Origin: an uncultured bacterium | GTDB taxonomy: Bacteria > Vulcanimicrobiota > JAJTBE01 > CAYNGH01 | NCBI GenBank assembly: GCA_964396845.1 | Contig: CAYNGH010000005.1 | Span: 1-52,815, forward strand | Direction of reading: 5' to 3' | DNA length: 52,815 nucleotides | Shown: positions 1-8,886 of the stretch, in pieces | How positions within the stretch are numbered: position 1 is the first letter of the stretch | How the letters are laid out: every line of letters begins with the position of its first letter | The notes under the pieces: model-generated | Told to the model about the DNA's origin: nothing | The model's input: the letters and a program-made list of their open reading frames with translations, nothing else | The model's database searches: none | Translations under genes and position numbers: made by a program

Positions 1-284
1 CGCATCAGGAGGAGTATCTGCCCGATGCCGTAACTGCGGGTGTCGCTGTCGGGATCTGTGATGGAGGCTTTAAAGGGGCTGTGGATGGAATGGACACGCA
101 GGCCCAGTTTCTTTACCTTGCCGGCAAAGCTGTCCATGAACTCCTTGGACTGAAAGGGGAAGGCAGTGTTGTTGTTGGCATCGATTTCGATCCATTCGAA
201 TCCTGCATCCCGGATTATCTCAAGGAACCCCGTGAGAGGCTTTCCCCCGGTATCAATGCAACCTGTAGAAATTCCAAAATTCAT
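1..284 (-). CDS. Sugar phosphate isomerase/epimerase (xylose isomerase-like TIM barrel), N-terminal part, runs off the window edge
   Basis: Not in the ORF track. Manual translation from ATG at 284 gives MNFGISTGCIDTGGKPLTGFLEIIRDAGFEWIEID...KKLGLRVHSIHSPF..., open to base 1. The xGIST / AGFxxIE / GLxVxSIH pattern is typical of this family. Confidence 0.75.
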   Translation of the reverse strand, partial: MNFGISTGCIDTGGKPLTGFLEIIRDAGFEWIEIDANNNTAFPFQSKEFMDSFAGKVKKLGLRVHSIHSPFKASITDPDSDTRSYGIGQILLLM

Positions 285-461
285 ATTTATAAATTTAGAT
301 GTAAACGCTGGATCTCCTTGGAATATTTCAAGGCAGTTTGATTTTTTATTTTGCTGGATCTTTCAAAGTGGCAGAAGGGCCAAGAAACCTTCCCATCAGG
401 ATTTACTCTCGCTCCAAAGGCTCTCTCCAAGAAATCAGGGGAAGTCAGTTTTAATCCAAAT

Positions 462-505
462 AAAAACAAAAAGCCCCCGGAGATCCAAGGGCTTTTTGTT
501 TTTTT
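462..505. terminator. Intrinsic terminator (potentially bidirectional) downstream of the TMEM43 gene
   Basis: Inverted repeat AAAAACAAAAAGCCC-N12-GGGCTTTTTGTTTTT. Confidence 0.75.
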
Positions 506-544
506 CCTGTTTATTACCAGGCTTTTCTGATGGCATTCAATGCA

Positions 545-1723
545 TCAGGCAGGCTGTTCCTCGGGTTTCGGTTCGGCAGATTTGTGCTTTTTTATCAAAT
601 TGATAATACCGTAAATCGCTGCACCGGTGGCAATCAAAAGCAATATGCCCAGCAATGGCCGATATAATATCCAGGCAAGGGCAACTGTCACCGTCCAGAA
701 GGCAAAGGCAACCAGCCCTGAAATCATTCCCAGGCCAGCTCCCACAATGTTGCCTAAAAATGGCAGTACATCCGCAAGGACCTTTATGGGATTGAGAACC
801 ATGGAAAGACCGATGTACATCATAAGGAAACTGCCGATGCGAATGAGCCAGGTCATCATCTTATTCTGATCCTGGGCCTGCTTGAACATCTCCTCGGCGG
901 ACATCTGGGATGTGACCAGCCTGGAGATGGCATCCCCGGCCTTGGTCTGGTATGCCTGGAATGTATTCCCCTGCTGTTGTGCCAGAATACTGACCACAGT
1001 GGCAGGGACAATCCGGAAGGATATCCGCACATCGCCAATCTGAGGATCTGAAGGATTCGCCCCCTTGTAGAAACCGTTGCCATGAACTTGCATATCCTTG
1101 CGGGTGCCTTCGGGCAGTTTTGCCAGATCTTCATCGGTAACTCCCCTGGCCTGGTAGTTTCCGATGGACCCGATGAGAGAACTGTTTAGCTTGAAGGCCC
1201 CCAGCTCCACATCACTGGAAGTGAAAGTTTCTGAAGACCAGGGCATGGATGATGGATTTGAACGGCCATCAGGCTGTTTAAAACTGCCAGAATCGATGAG
1301 ATTTCCAGACCAGGTCTTCTCATATGTATATGTGGTCTTTCTTTCTTCGCTCCCGCCAACTTTTCTTTCAGTTTCTGTTTTCTGATTTTCCTTCCACTGA
1401 TACATTTCCACCTTGCGTTCCAGCTTGATGGCGGTATCTTCGATCTGAAACTGATCATCCCGAAGGACTTCCCGGGGTTCGGCAGTCCCCGACATGTGAA
1501 CCAGCTTGCCATCATTGGCAGGATCCACATTATCGGCACTGACAGACACCACAATCCCTGCGCCTTCCTTCAGGCTCTTGGCTGTCTTCACTGCCCGTCC
1601 CTCATTCCAAAATATCAGGGGAAACGCAACCAGAAATAGCAGGATTCCAAAAAAGATCCCCCCGAAAGCGTTTTTAATCCTGCTAAACCATGATACCTTG
1701 GTTGTTTCTGTGTAAGCTGACAT
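545..1723 (-). CDS. TMEM43/LUMA (DUF1625) family membrane protein
   Basis: 392 aa with an N-terminal TM, FWNEGRAV, GKLVH, L.RKVEMYQW.E and PQIGDVRISF motifs, and C-terminal TMs. AGGAG RBS. Confidence 0.9.
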   Translation of the reverse strand: MSAYTETTKVSWFSRIKNAFGGIFFGILLFLVAFPLIFWNEGRAVKTAKSLKEGAGIVVSVSADNVDPANDGKLVHMSGTAEPREVLRDDQFQIEDTAIKLERKVEMYQWKENQKTETERKVGGSEERKTTYTYEKTWSGNLIDSGSFKQPDGRSNPSSMPWSSETFTSSDVELGAFKLNSSLIGSIGNYQARGVTDEDLAKLPEGTRKDMQVHGNGFYKGANPSDPQIGDVRISFRIVPATVVSILAQQQGNTFQAYQTKAGDAISRLVTSQMSAEEMFKQAQDQNKMMTWLIRIGSFLMMYIGLSMVLNPIKVLADVLPFLGNIVGAGLGMISGLVAFAFWTVTVALAWILYRPLLGILLLIATGAAIYGIINLIKKHKSAEPKPEEQPA

Positions 1724-1974
1724 CTTTCAACTCCTTTGCAATTAATCGAGGCTTCCGGGCAGGCATCCCAAAAAAGAACCCCATAATACCCGCATCAGAA
1801 TCCTTACTCGATTATTCTGAATAAACTCTATTGCTCCTTTAATCCGAAACCGGGAAAATTTACAAATATACAGAATAGAGATTCTACAGATGTTAACATT
1901 TCTGAAACAGATATATATTTACAGGAAGGAACAGATGGCTTAAAATTAAAATAATAATATGAGGTCTTAATGTA

Positions 1975-3504
1975 TTGAACATTAAAAAAGTCTGCAACAA
2001 CCTGATACAGAGCAATAACATGCATAACCCGGGGCCATTCCCGGAGGATTCCAGCAACCCCGGGCCAGTGGACCTGGCAATTCTTCATGTCAATGATATA
2101 CATGGCACTCTCTCTCCATTTCCCGAACCCCGCATAAGCACTGAAACTCTCGTGGGAGGGGCTTCCAACCTGAAAAGCGCCATCGATGAAGAAAAGTCCA
2201 AAAATCCTGAGGGAACCCTGTTGCTAAATGCCGGGGATCTTATTCACGGGGCATACAAAGCCGACAAGACCCTGGGGATGGCGGCAGTTGATGCGTCGAA
2301 CCCCATGGGTTTCGATGCCATGGTTCTGGGGAATCATGAGTTCTACTGGGGAACTTATGCCCTGAGGACAATAATGAGCAAGATTAAGGCCCCGGTGGTT
2401 GCCGCCAATGTCATTGAAGGCAAAAGCCGAGAGGTGATGAAGGGTGCTCAGCCCTATGTCATTCGAAAAGTCAGGGGAGTGCCGGTGGGGATAGTGGGAA
2501 TCAACACCGACAAGGCCACCAGGCAGACACCTCCTCACCTCCTGGACGGCATAGAAGTCCTGGATGCCATCGAAACCCTCGAAGATACTATACCGAAAAT
2601 TAAAAAAGACGGGGCAGAGGTTCTGGTGATCCTTTCACATCTGGGTTTTAACGGCGATGTGAAGATTGCCCAACACTTCAAGAACGAAAGCCTGCTCATC
2701 GTCGGCGGTCACAGCCACACCCTTCTTCCCCAGGGCCACCGGGAAGGCAACAGCTTCATTGTCCAGGCGGGAAACCGGGGCATGAACCTGGGGAAGCTGG
2801 AATTTCAATACAATCGGGAGAAAAAAGAGATACTGAATCCCCGCGCCCGGCTGATCCCGATCCTTGACAGCCAGTATCCCAGGGACCCCGATATTGAAAA
2901 AATACTGAATCGCTACAGGAAGGCCCTGAAACAATCCGGAGGCAGTGATCCCATGGGTCACGCAGCCCAGGTGCTGGATTACTCCAACAACAGCGGTTCA
3001 GGCAAACTGAACCAGATCGTTGCAGATTCCATCAAGGCTACGGCAAAAACCGATGTGGCCCTGGCCAGTTGTATGGCAGTTCAGCAGGCTCATCCATCGG
3101 GGCCGGCAACCCGGCAGTCCCTGTATGATATAATGCCCTATGATGACTGGAAAATTGTCACATACAGGGTCACCGGCGCAAAGCTGAAGGAACTGGTAGA
3201 ATTCGGCCTCAGGGATGGAGTCAAGATATTTGTGCCGTCAGGCTTTCGATACGACTATGCCCCGGATCAGCCCCAGGGAAATCGGGTCACCAACATGACT
3301 GCCACTGACGGCAATCCCATCGACGATAAAAAAATATATTCCCTGGGAGTCCAGAACTATATGGCAGGACTTCCCCCCCTGAAGGACCTGCCGGGTCAGA
3401 CCCATGCCGATCCTCTACAGGATGGGTTTTTCCAGTACTTCAAGGATAACTGCCCCAGCGGGGGCTGGAAGAATGACCCCGACGCAAGGATCCAACGCGC
3501 CTGA
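1975..3504 (+). CDS. Bifunctional metallophosphoesterase / 5'-nucleotidase family protein
   Basis: HVNDIHG, AGD, GNHEF, SHLG and GGHSH metallophosphoesterase motifs plus a 5'-nucleotidase C-domain. Start may be ATG 2020. No signal peptide visible. Confidence 0.88.
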   Translation: MNIKKVCNNLIQSNNMHNPGPFPEDSSNPGPVDLAILHVNDIHGTLSPFPEPRISTETLVGGASNLKSAIDEEKSKNPEGTLLLNAGDLIHGAYKADKTLGMAAVDASNPMGFDAMVLGNHEFYWGTYALRTIMSKIKAPVVAANVIEGKSREVMKGAQPYVIRKVRGVPVGIVGINTDKATRQTPPHLLDGIEVLDAIETLEDTIPKIKKDGAEVLVILSHLGFNGDVKIAQHFKNESLLIVGGHSHTLLPQGHREGNSFIVQAGNRGMNLGKLEFQYNREKKEILNPRARLIPILDSQYPRDPDIEKILNRYRKALKQSGGSDPMGHAAQVLDYSNNSGSGKLNQIVADSIKATAKTDVALASCMAVQQAHPSGPATRQSLYDIMPYDDWKIVTYRVTGAKLKELVEFGLRDGVKIFVPSGFRYDYAPDQPQGNRVTNMTATDGNPIDDKKIYSLGVQNYMAGLPPLKDLPGQTHADPLQDGFFQYFKDNCPSGGWKNDPDARIQRA

Positions 3505-3533
3505 AACCCTGACAGACCCTCAAAGGAGAACTG

Positions 3534-4961
3534 ATGGCAAATATCAATGTCCTGTCCCAACGTTATGCCAGCCCCGAGATGAATCATATCTTTTCCCCTG
3601 TCAACAGAATCATCCAGGAGCGATGTCTGTGGCTTATGATAATGGAGATACAGGGCGAGCTGGGGGTCACCGTGAATGACCGGGACATTCAACGATTCAG
3701 GTCTGCAGTGGAAAAAGTGAATTTGGACAGAATCCAGGAGATAGAAACAGTCACCAGGCACGATGTAAAGGCCCGGCTTGAAGCATTCATCGAAGAAGCC
3801 GGAGGCAGTGGCCCAGTGCATCTGGGGCTTACCAGCAGGGACATCACCGACAATGTAGAGCAGATGCTGATCCGGCAGGCCGGGAAATTAATATTGGGAA
3901 GATTCACTGCAGTATTGCAGGGGATGCTTCATCTGGCCGGCAGATACCAGAACCTGGTCATCACAGGGCGAACCCATCACCAGCCGGCCCAGCCCACAAC
4001 TCTGGGACGAAGATTTGCCCAGTGGGGAGAGGAGCTTCATTTCCACCTGCTGGAATTTGAAAACTTCCTCAACAACTATCCCCTTCGAGGAATCAAAGGC
4101 CCCCTGGGAACCTGTCACGATCAGTCTTCAATACTGGGTGGGAAAGACAAGGTTCGGCTGATGGAAAGACAGCTCAGCTCCCGGCTGGGGTTTAAAAACA
4201 TAATGGAAGCAGTGGGGCAGGTTTATTTTCGTTCCCTGGATTATAAACTGGCAGGGCATATCCAGACCCTGACAGCTCCCTGCGTGAGCATGGCCCAGTC
4301 CATCCGGCTGATGGCGGGACTGGGACTTGCCGGTGAAGGTTTCGGAGAAAATCAGACAGGCTCATCAGCAATGCCCCACAAAAAAAACTGCCGAACCAGT
4401 GAAAGGGTTTGGGGGATGGGAAACCTCATTAAAATGTTCACCACGGGCCTTGGTTCTGTTTCCGGAGGCCAGTGGGAAGAAGGAGATGTTTCCTGTTCGG
4501 TGATCCGACGGGTGATAATCCCTGATCTGTTCTATACCGCCGATGGCCTGTGCCGGGGAGTCCTGACCATTTTGAACGAATTTCAGCCCCATATCTCTGC
4601 CATCGAGGAAGAACTTCAGCATCACCTGCCCTTCCTTGCCACCACTGAAATCTTGACCATGGCGGTAAAAGCCGGAATAAACCGGGAAGAAGCCCACAGT
4701 ATCATCAGGAAAGCTGCCACCAGCCTGAATCCTTCAGATGACAGTCCCGGAAAGACCTCAGCCCTGGCCTCCCTGCTTTCCAGGAATCCGGTCTTTACAG
4801 AAAAAGAAATAACCGGGGAAATGATTGATGGAGTAATCTCTGAATCCCGACACAACATCGGTCTTGCCCTGGAACAAGTTCAAGGGGTCATCGATATGAC
4901 TGAACCTTTTCTTCTACGGCATCAGCATTCTGCCAGATACCACCCCGGCAGTATTCTGTGA
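3534..4961 (+). CDS. purB: Adenylosuccinate lyase
   Basis: RYAS, TRHDV, HLGLTSRD, GRTH.QPAQPTT and signature GSSAMPHKKN. AAGGAG RBS. Confidence 0.95.
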   Translation: MANINVLSQRYASPEMNHIFSPVNRIIQERCLWLMIMEIQGELGVTVNDRDIQRFRSAVEKVNLDRIQEIETVTRHDVKARLEAFIEEAGGSGPVHLGLTSRDITDNVEQMLIRQAGKLILGRFTAVLQGMLHLAGRYQNLVITGRTHHQPAQPTTLGRRFAQWGEELHFHLLEFENFLNNYPLRGIKGPLGTCHDQSSILGGKDKVRLMERQLSSRLGFKNIMEAVGQVYFRSLDYKLAGHIQTLTAPCVSMAQSIRLMAGLGLAGEGFGENQTGSSAMPHKKNCRTSERVWGMGNLIKMFTTGLGSVSGGQWEEGDVSCSVIRRVIIPDLFYTADGLCRGVLTILNEFQPHISAIEEELQHHLPFLATTEILTMAVKAGINREEAHSIIRKAATSLNPSDDSPGKTSALASLLSRNPVFTEKEITGEMIDGVISESRHNIGLALEQVQGVIDMTEPFLLRHQHSARYHPGSIL

Positions 4962-5177
4962 TCTTTTTCTGATGTCATCAACAGGCAGGAATTTTGATCA
5001 TTTTTCTATAAATCATTTCCACACTAAAGGATTATTTGTTTATACAAAGAATATGACCCAGAATTTTTTTAAAATATCTTATTATGATCACAAGAGTGAA
5101 TCAACTGTGACTCAAGCAATGGAAAATAATGTGGGGTAACTTGGGTTTGGGGGTATTATGGCAAGAGGAGAAAAAGG

Positions 5178-7196
5178 GTGATAAACAAAGAAAAACCAAA
5201 GATAATCCACGTTGATAACGACCCGGAATTTCTTGATATTTTTTCTGCAACTTTTTCCCGTTGGTTCGACATAACCTCGGTGAGGTCCAGCGAAGCAGCT
5301 TTGGAAAAACTCAAGAGAGATTGTTATCAATGCATCATCACTGACTATGACATGCCGGGCATGGACGGCATTGAACTGCTGTGGGAAACAAAACAGTTCA
5401 ATACTCGACTGCCGGTCATATTTTTCACAGGCCAGGGCAACGAACAGGTTGCCAGGGAAGCCTTTGTTCTGGGCGCTTCCGATTATTTTACCAAAGATTT
5501 CTACGGGCCTGCCGCCACGGAAAAACTTGTCAATTCCATCAACAACCTGATCGAAAAGAACAAGGTTGTTGATGCCCTGGAAAAATCCCAAGAAATCTAC
5601 AGAACAATCTTTGAAACTGCCTGCAGTGCCATGTTTATTATCGAAGAAGACTCCACCATCAGTCTGGTCAACAAGACCTTTGTCAGAATGTGCGGATATG
5701 CCAGGGAAGAAGTGGAAAACAGAATGAAGTGGCAGGAGTTCATACATCCCCAGGACTTGCCCCTCATGAAGGATTACTTCCATCGACGGCTTTCTGAACC
5801 TGACAAGGTACCCAACAATTACGAGTGTCGGGTAAAAAGCAGGGATGGACGGATTCTGCACATATACAGCACTGTATCGATGGTCCCTGGAACCCGGCGG
5901 AGGGTTGTATCATGGCTGGACATCACTCCCCAGAAAGAATCCGAAGATGCCCGCCAGGAAAGTGAAATCCGCTTTGGCACTGTCTTTGACACAGTAACCG
6001 ATTCTATTTTTATAAAGGATCTTGACGGCCGATACAAGCAGGTGAACCTGGCATTTTCCCGGCTCTATGGCATCCCCAAGAAAGAACTGATCAACCGTAC
6101 CGATGACGACATATTCAATGTCAACGGTGGAAAAGAAATCAAGAAAACTGATCAGCTGGTAAAAGAAGGAAAAATTGTTAACGAAGAACATACCATCTCT
6201 ATAAATAACAAGCTGGTTACTTTGCATGTTGTAAAGGTTCCAGTCCGGGATCGGGACGGCAATATTAATGGCATCTGCGGTATCGCCAGGGATATTACTC
6301 ATCGCAAGCAGGCAGAAGAAGAACTGCGAAGGCAAAAAGACATCCTCACCAATATCATCTCCAATATCCCTCATTTTGTATTCTGGAAAGACAGACACTC
6401 GGTATTTATGGGATGCAACGAAAACCTCGCCAGGGTAGCCGGCCTGGACAGTGCCGACGACATAATCGGCCTGACGGATTTTGATCTGCCCTTGACCAGG
6501 GAAGAATCTGAACATTATGTCAAATGTGACAAGGAGGTCATGGAGTCGGGAAAGCCGATGCTCAATATTGAAGAAACCCAGCTCCAGGCCGATGGACGAA
6601 AGGCAGTTCTTATGACCAGCAAGGTTCCCATGAGAGATTCCCAAGGGAACATCATCGGGATAATGGGGATTTATTCGGATATCACAAGTATCAAAAAGAT
6701 GGAAGTACAGCTTCAGAAAAGCAAAGACAGATATCGCAACATGCTGGATTCCCTGGCGGACTTTGTTCATGTGGTGGACAGGAACCTCCGGCTTGTTAAT
6801 TGTAACAGGGCAGTCACCGACTACCTGTCAAAAAACGGCTTTTCTCCAGAATCAATCAACGGAGAGGATATATTCAAGCTGTTTCCATTTCTTACCCCAC
6901 AAGTTAAAGACGAATACCTTGAAGTCCTCAACACCGGAAAACCCCTGGTCACAGAAGAAAAATCCCTCATCGATGACCGGGAAATCTGGACTGAAACCAG
7001 GAAAGTACCTATCCGTGACAGTGGCGACCAGATCAGCAATGTGGTAACTATAATTCACGACGTGACCAGAAGAAAAAATACCGAGCAGTCCCTGCGTTGC
7101 CAGCTGGATAAACTTATGAGCCAACAGGAGTACGACAACAGCAGGATCCTGGTATCTGAAGCTCCCCATAAGTCCATGATTAAATCAGACATTTAA
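5178..7196 (+). CDS. Response regulator: REC + four PAS/PAC domains, no output domain
   Basis: REC with VDND, phosphoacceptor TDYDMPGMDG, FTG and DYFTK. Four PAS repeats end in LDIT, RDIT, SDIT and HDVT. A short tail follows, with no HisKA, GGDEF or HTH. Confidence 0.88.
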   Translation: MINKEKPKIIHVDNDPEFLDIFSATFSRWFDITSVRSSEAALEKLKRDCYQCIITDYDMPGMDGIELLWETKQFNTRLPVIFFTGQGNEQVAREAFVLGASDYFTKDFYGPAATEKLVNSINNLIEKNKVVDALEKSQEIYRTIFETACSAMFIIEEDSTISLVNKTFVRMCGYAREEVENRMKWQEFIHPQDLPLMKDYFHRRLSEPDKVPNNYECRVKSRDGRILHIYSTVSMVPGTRRRVVSWLDITPQKESEDARQESEIRFGTVFDTVTDSIFIKDLDGRYKQVNLAFSRLYGIPKKELINRTDDDIFNVNGGKEIKKTDQLVKEGKIVNEEHTISINNKLVTLHVVKVPVRDRDGNINGICGIARDITHRKQAEEELRRQKDILTNIISNIPHFVFWKDRHSVFMGCNENLARVAGLDSADDIIGLTDFDLPLTREESEHYVKCDKEVMESGKPMLNIEETQLQADGRKAVLMTSKVPMRDSQGNIIGIMGIYSDITSIKKMEVQLQKSKDRYRNMLDSLADFVHVVDRNLRLVNCNRAVTDYLSKNGFSPESINGEDIFKLFPFLTPQVKDEYLEVLNTGKPLVTEEKSLIDDREIWTETRKVPIRDSGDQISNVVTIIHDVTRRKNTEQSLRCQLDKLMSQQEYDNSRILVSEAPHKSMIKSDI

Positions 7197-7273
7197 CAGG
7201 ATATATCAGGCAAGGCCTATAAATTTCATTACATACTTATATTCTTATTTACATTATTGTAACATAAACACTA

Positions 7274-7302
7274 TTTACAACTGCACAGAGATCCCTTATA
7301 AT
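7274..7302 (+). promoter_or_regulatory. Sigma70/SigA-type promoter of the small peptide gene
   Basis: TTTACA (7274-7279), a 17 bp spacer, then TATAAT (7297-7302), in AT-rich context. Confidence 0.75.
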
Positions 7303-7351
7303 AAATTTAATAAAAGTTAATCCACAAACTCAAAAAAAGGGAGGCGAGAAG

Positions 7352-7432
7352 ATGTATCTCGACAAAGAACAGATAACCTGCGAGGAAATCCACGGAATGT
7401 ATGTAATTCCCCCGGATGACGGCGGAATCTAA
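7352..7432 (+). CDS. Small 26-aa peptide MYLDKEQITCEEIHGMYVIPPDDGGI (candidate RiPP precursor)
   Basis: Below the ORF-track cutoff. AAGGGAGG RBS lies just upstream of ATG 7352, TAA is at 7430-7432, and it is bracketed by a promoter and a terminator. Confidence 0.75.
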   Translation: MYLDKEQITCEEIHGMYVIPPDDGGI

Positions 7433-7448
7433 AACTAAAATGCAAACC

Positions 7449-7477
7449 AAAAGGCCGGCCAAGAGCCGGTCTTTTTT
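7449..7477 (+). terminator. Intrinsic terminator after the small peptide gene; may also serve the convergent esterase gene
   Basis: AAAAGGCCGGC-CAAGA-GCCGGTCTTTT hairpin ending in a T-run. Confidence 0.8.
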
Positions 7478-7607
7478 ATAACTGCTGAAGCAGTTGCTAT
7501 ATCAAAAAAATTTCAGAAACCACTCAAAATCCGTTTCATTGTTGTCAGGATAGAATAAATTCAGGGATCCTCCCTCACGAGTATCAATCAAGGGCCTTTC
7601 GGGAGAG

Positions 7608-8573
7608 TTATCTTGAATGTTTTTTAAAAAACTCCCAGATGGTTCTGCATCCGTCAATTTCTCTGCTGGTTCTGCCTATTATCTTCTCAGGAAGGTATTG
7701 CTTACCGCCGGGCCATGTGTGTCCGCCTCCGATAATTTTATACAGCACCACTTCCGAGCCGTCTTTTCCCCCGGTATATTCATACTTTTCCAGGGTTGTA
7801 CCGTCGGCGGGGTCTTTATCCGGCATTCTGGTTACATCCGGCGGGAAACTGCATCCGTTGTGCTTTGCCCAAAATTCCGCCGTGGCAGGGGTTGACATAA
7901 CCCTGCCCAGCCTGATCTTTTTTATTCCAATTTCTCCTCCGCCATAAGGAACCATCGGGTCTTCAGTGCCGTTTATAATAATCACCGGCATAGGCAGTGA
8001 GGGTTTCTTTTTCGATGCAATCTCTTCCCCCATGGAGCTTATCACCGGGCCGATGGCGGAAATCTTCCGGGGAGCTTCCAGGGCCAGGCGGTATGACATC
8101 AGAGCGCCGTTGGAAGCCCCGGTGGAATAGACTCGACGAGGATCCACCCTGTGTTCCTTTACCATTCTGTCGATGAGAGCACTCAGAAAACCCACATCAT
8201 CAACACCTTCCCTGTGAGCCTTATAGCGCTGGATTCCCCGGCCATCGTTCCATCTTTTTTCCACAGCATCGGGATACACCACAATAAAGCCATCCCGGTC
8301 TGCCAACTTTTCAAAGCCCATCCTGGTGAGCCTGATCATCCCCCGGCCAGTCCCTCCGCCTCCGTGAAGCACAAGAACCATTGGAACCACGCTTTCCTCT
8401 GGTTTTCTGTCAGGTAAATATACCAGATATGTTCTATCACGGCCCTGCCATTTTATCGACCCTGGATAATGTTTTCCCGGTCTGGCAACCTGGGCCACGA
8501 CAATGATGGAAACCGCCAGGGCAAGGCTCAGCGTCAAAATTGTTACTATAAAGAAGGTTTTTCTTCGATTCAT
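7608..8573 (-). CDS. Secreted PHB-depolymerase/LpqC-like alpha/beta-hydrolase (esterase)
   Basis: Signal peptide, LHGGGG oxyanion motif, DDVGF, nucleophile GASNG, GTEDP and GGGHTWPG. Confidence 0.9.
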   Translation of the reverse strand: MNRRKTFFIVTILTLSLALAVSIIVVAQVARPGKHYPGSIKWQGRDRTYLVYLPDRKPEESVVPMVLVLHGGGGTGRGMIRLTRMGFEKLADRDGFIVVYPDAVEKRWNDGRGIQRYKAHREGVDDVGFLSALIDRMVKEHRVDPRRVYSTGASNGALMSYRLALEAPRKISAIGPVISSMGEEIASKKKPSLPMPVIIINGTEDPMVPYGGGEIGIKKIRLGRVMSTPATAEFWAKHNGCSFPPDVTRMPDKDPADGTTLEKYEYTGGKDGSEVVLYKIIGGGHTWPGGKQYLPEKIIGRTSREIDGCRTIWEFFKKHSR

Positions 8574-8886
8574 AGGATCACTCCCGGAAACACCGGCAGG
8601 GCCACCGCCGATGATGACCTGAAATTATTCTGGGCAGTCAGGAATAATCTATATAATTATTCTTTCATGAAAAATTTCTCTTTAAAATAATTAATCCTTT
8701 AAGAAAAAGCCCGGCGGGAGCAGGGCATCTTGAATCATCATTCTCGAAGGCAAAAATTCCAAAAACCGCTATAAAGGTTCATCGTCATAACCTGTCAAAG
8801 TAAACCCTGTTATTCATTCCCTGGAATTCAAGTCTGAAGGATTAAAAACCATATTTCTGTGGGGCTTATCACTTGAGAATATCAGG

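Noticed and set aside
81-603. Plus-strand ORFs 81..341 and 166..603
   Set aside because: They are shadows of the minus-strand TIM-barrel gene and the terminator region, with no recognisable protein features.
1890-1899. Palindrome ATGTTAACAT in the divergent promoter region
   Set aside because: A single 10-bp palindrome in AT-rich DNA with no assignable regulator; it could be chance.
5112-6770. Long antisense ORFs (249 aa and 286 aa) opposite the REC-PAS gene
   Set aside because: Antisense shadows arising from codon bias, with no motifs or RBS.
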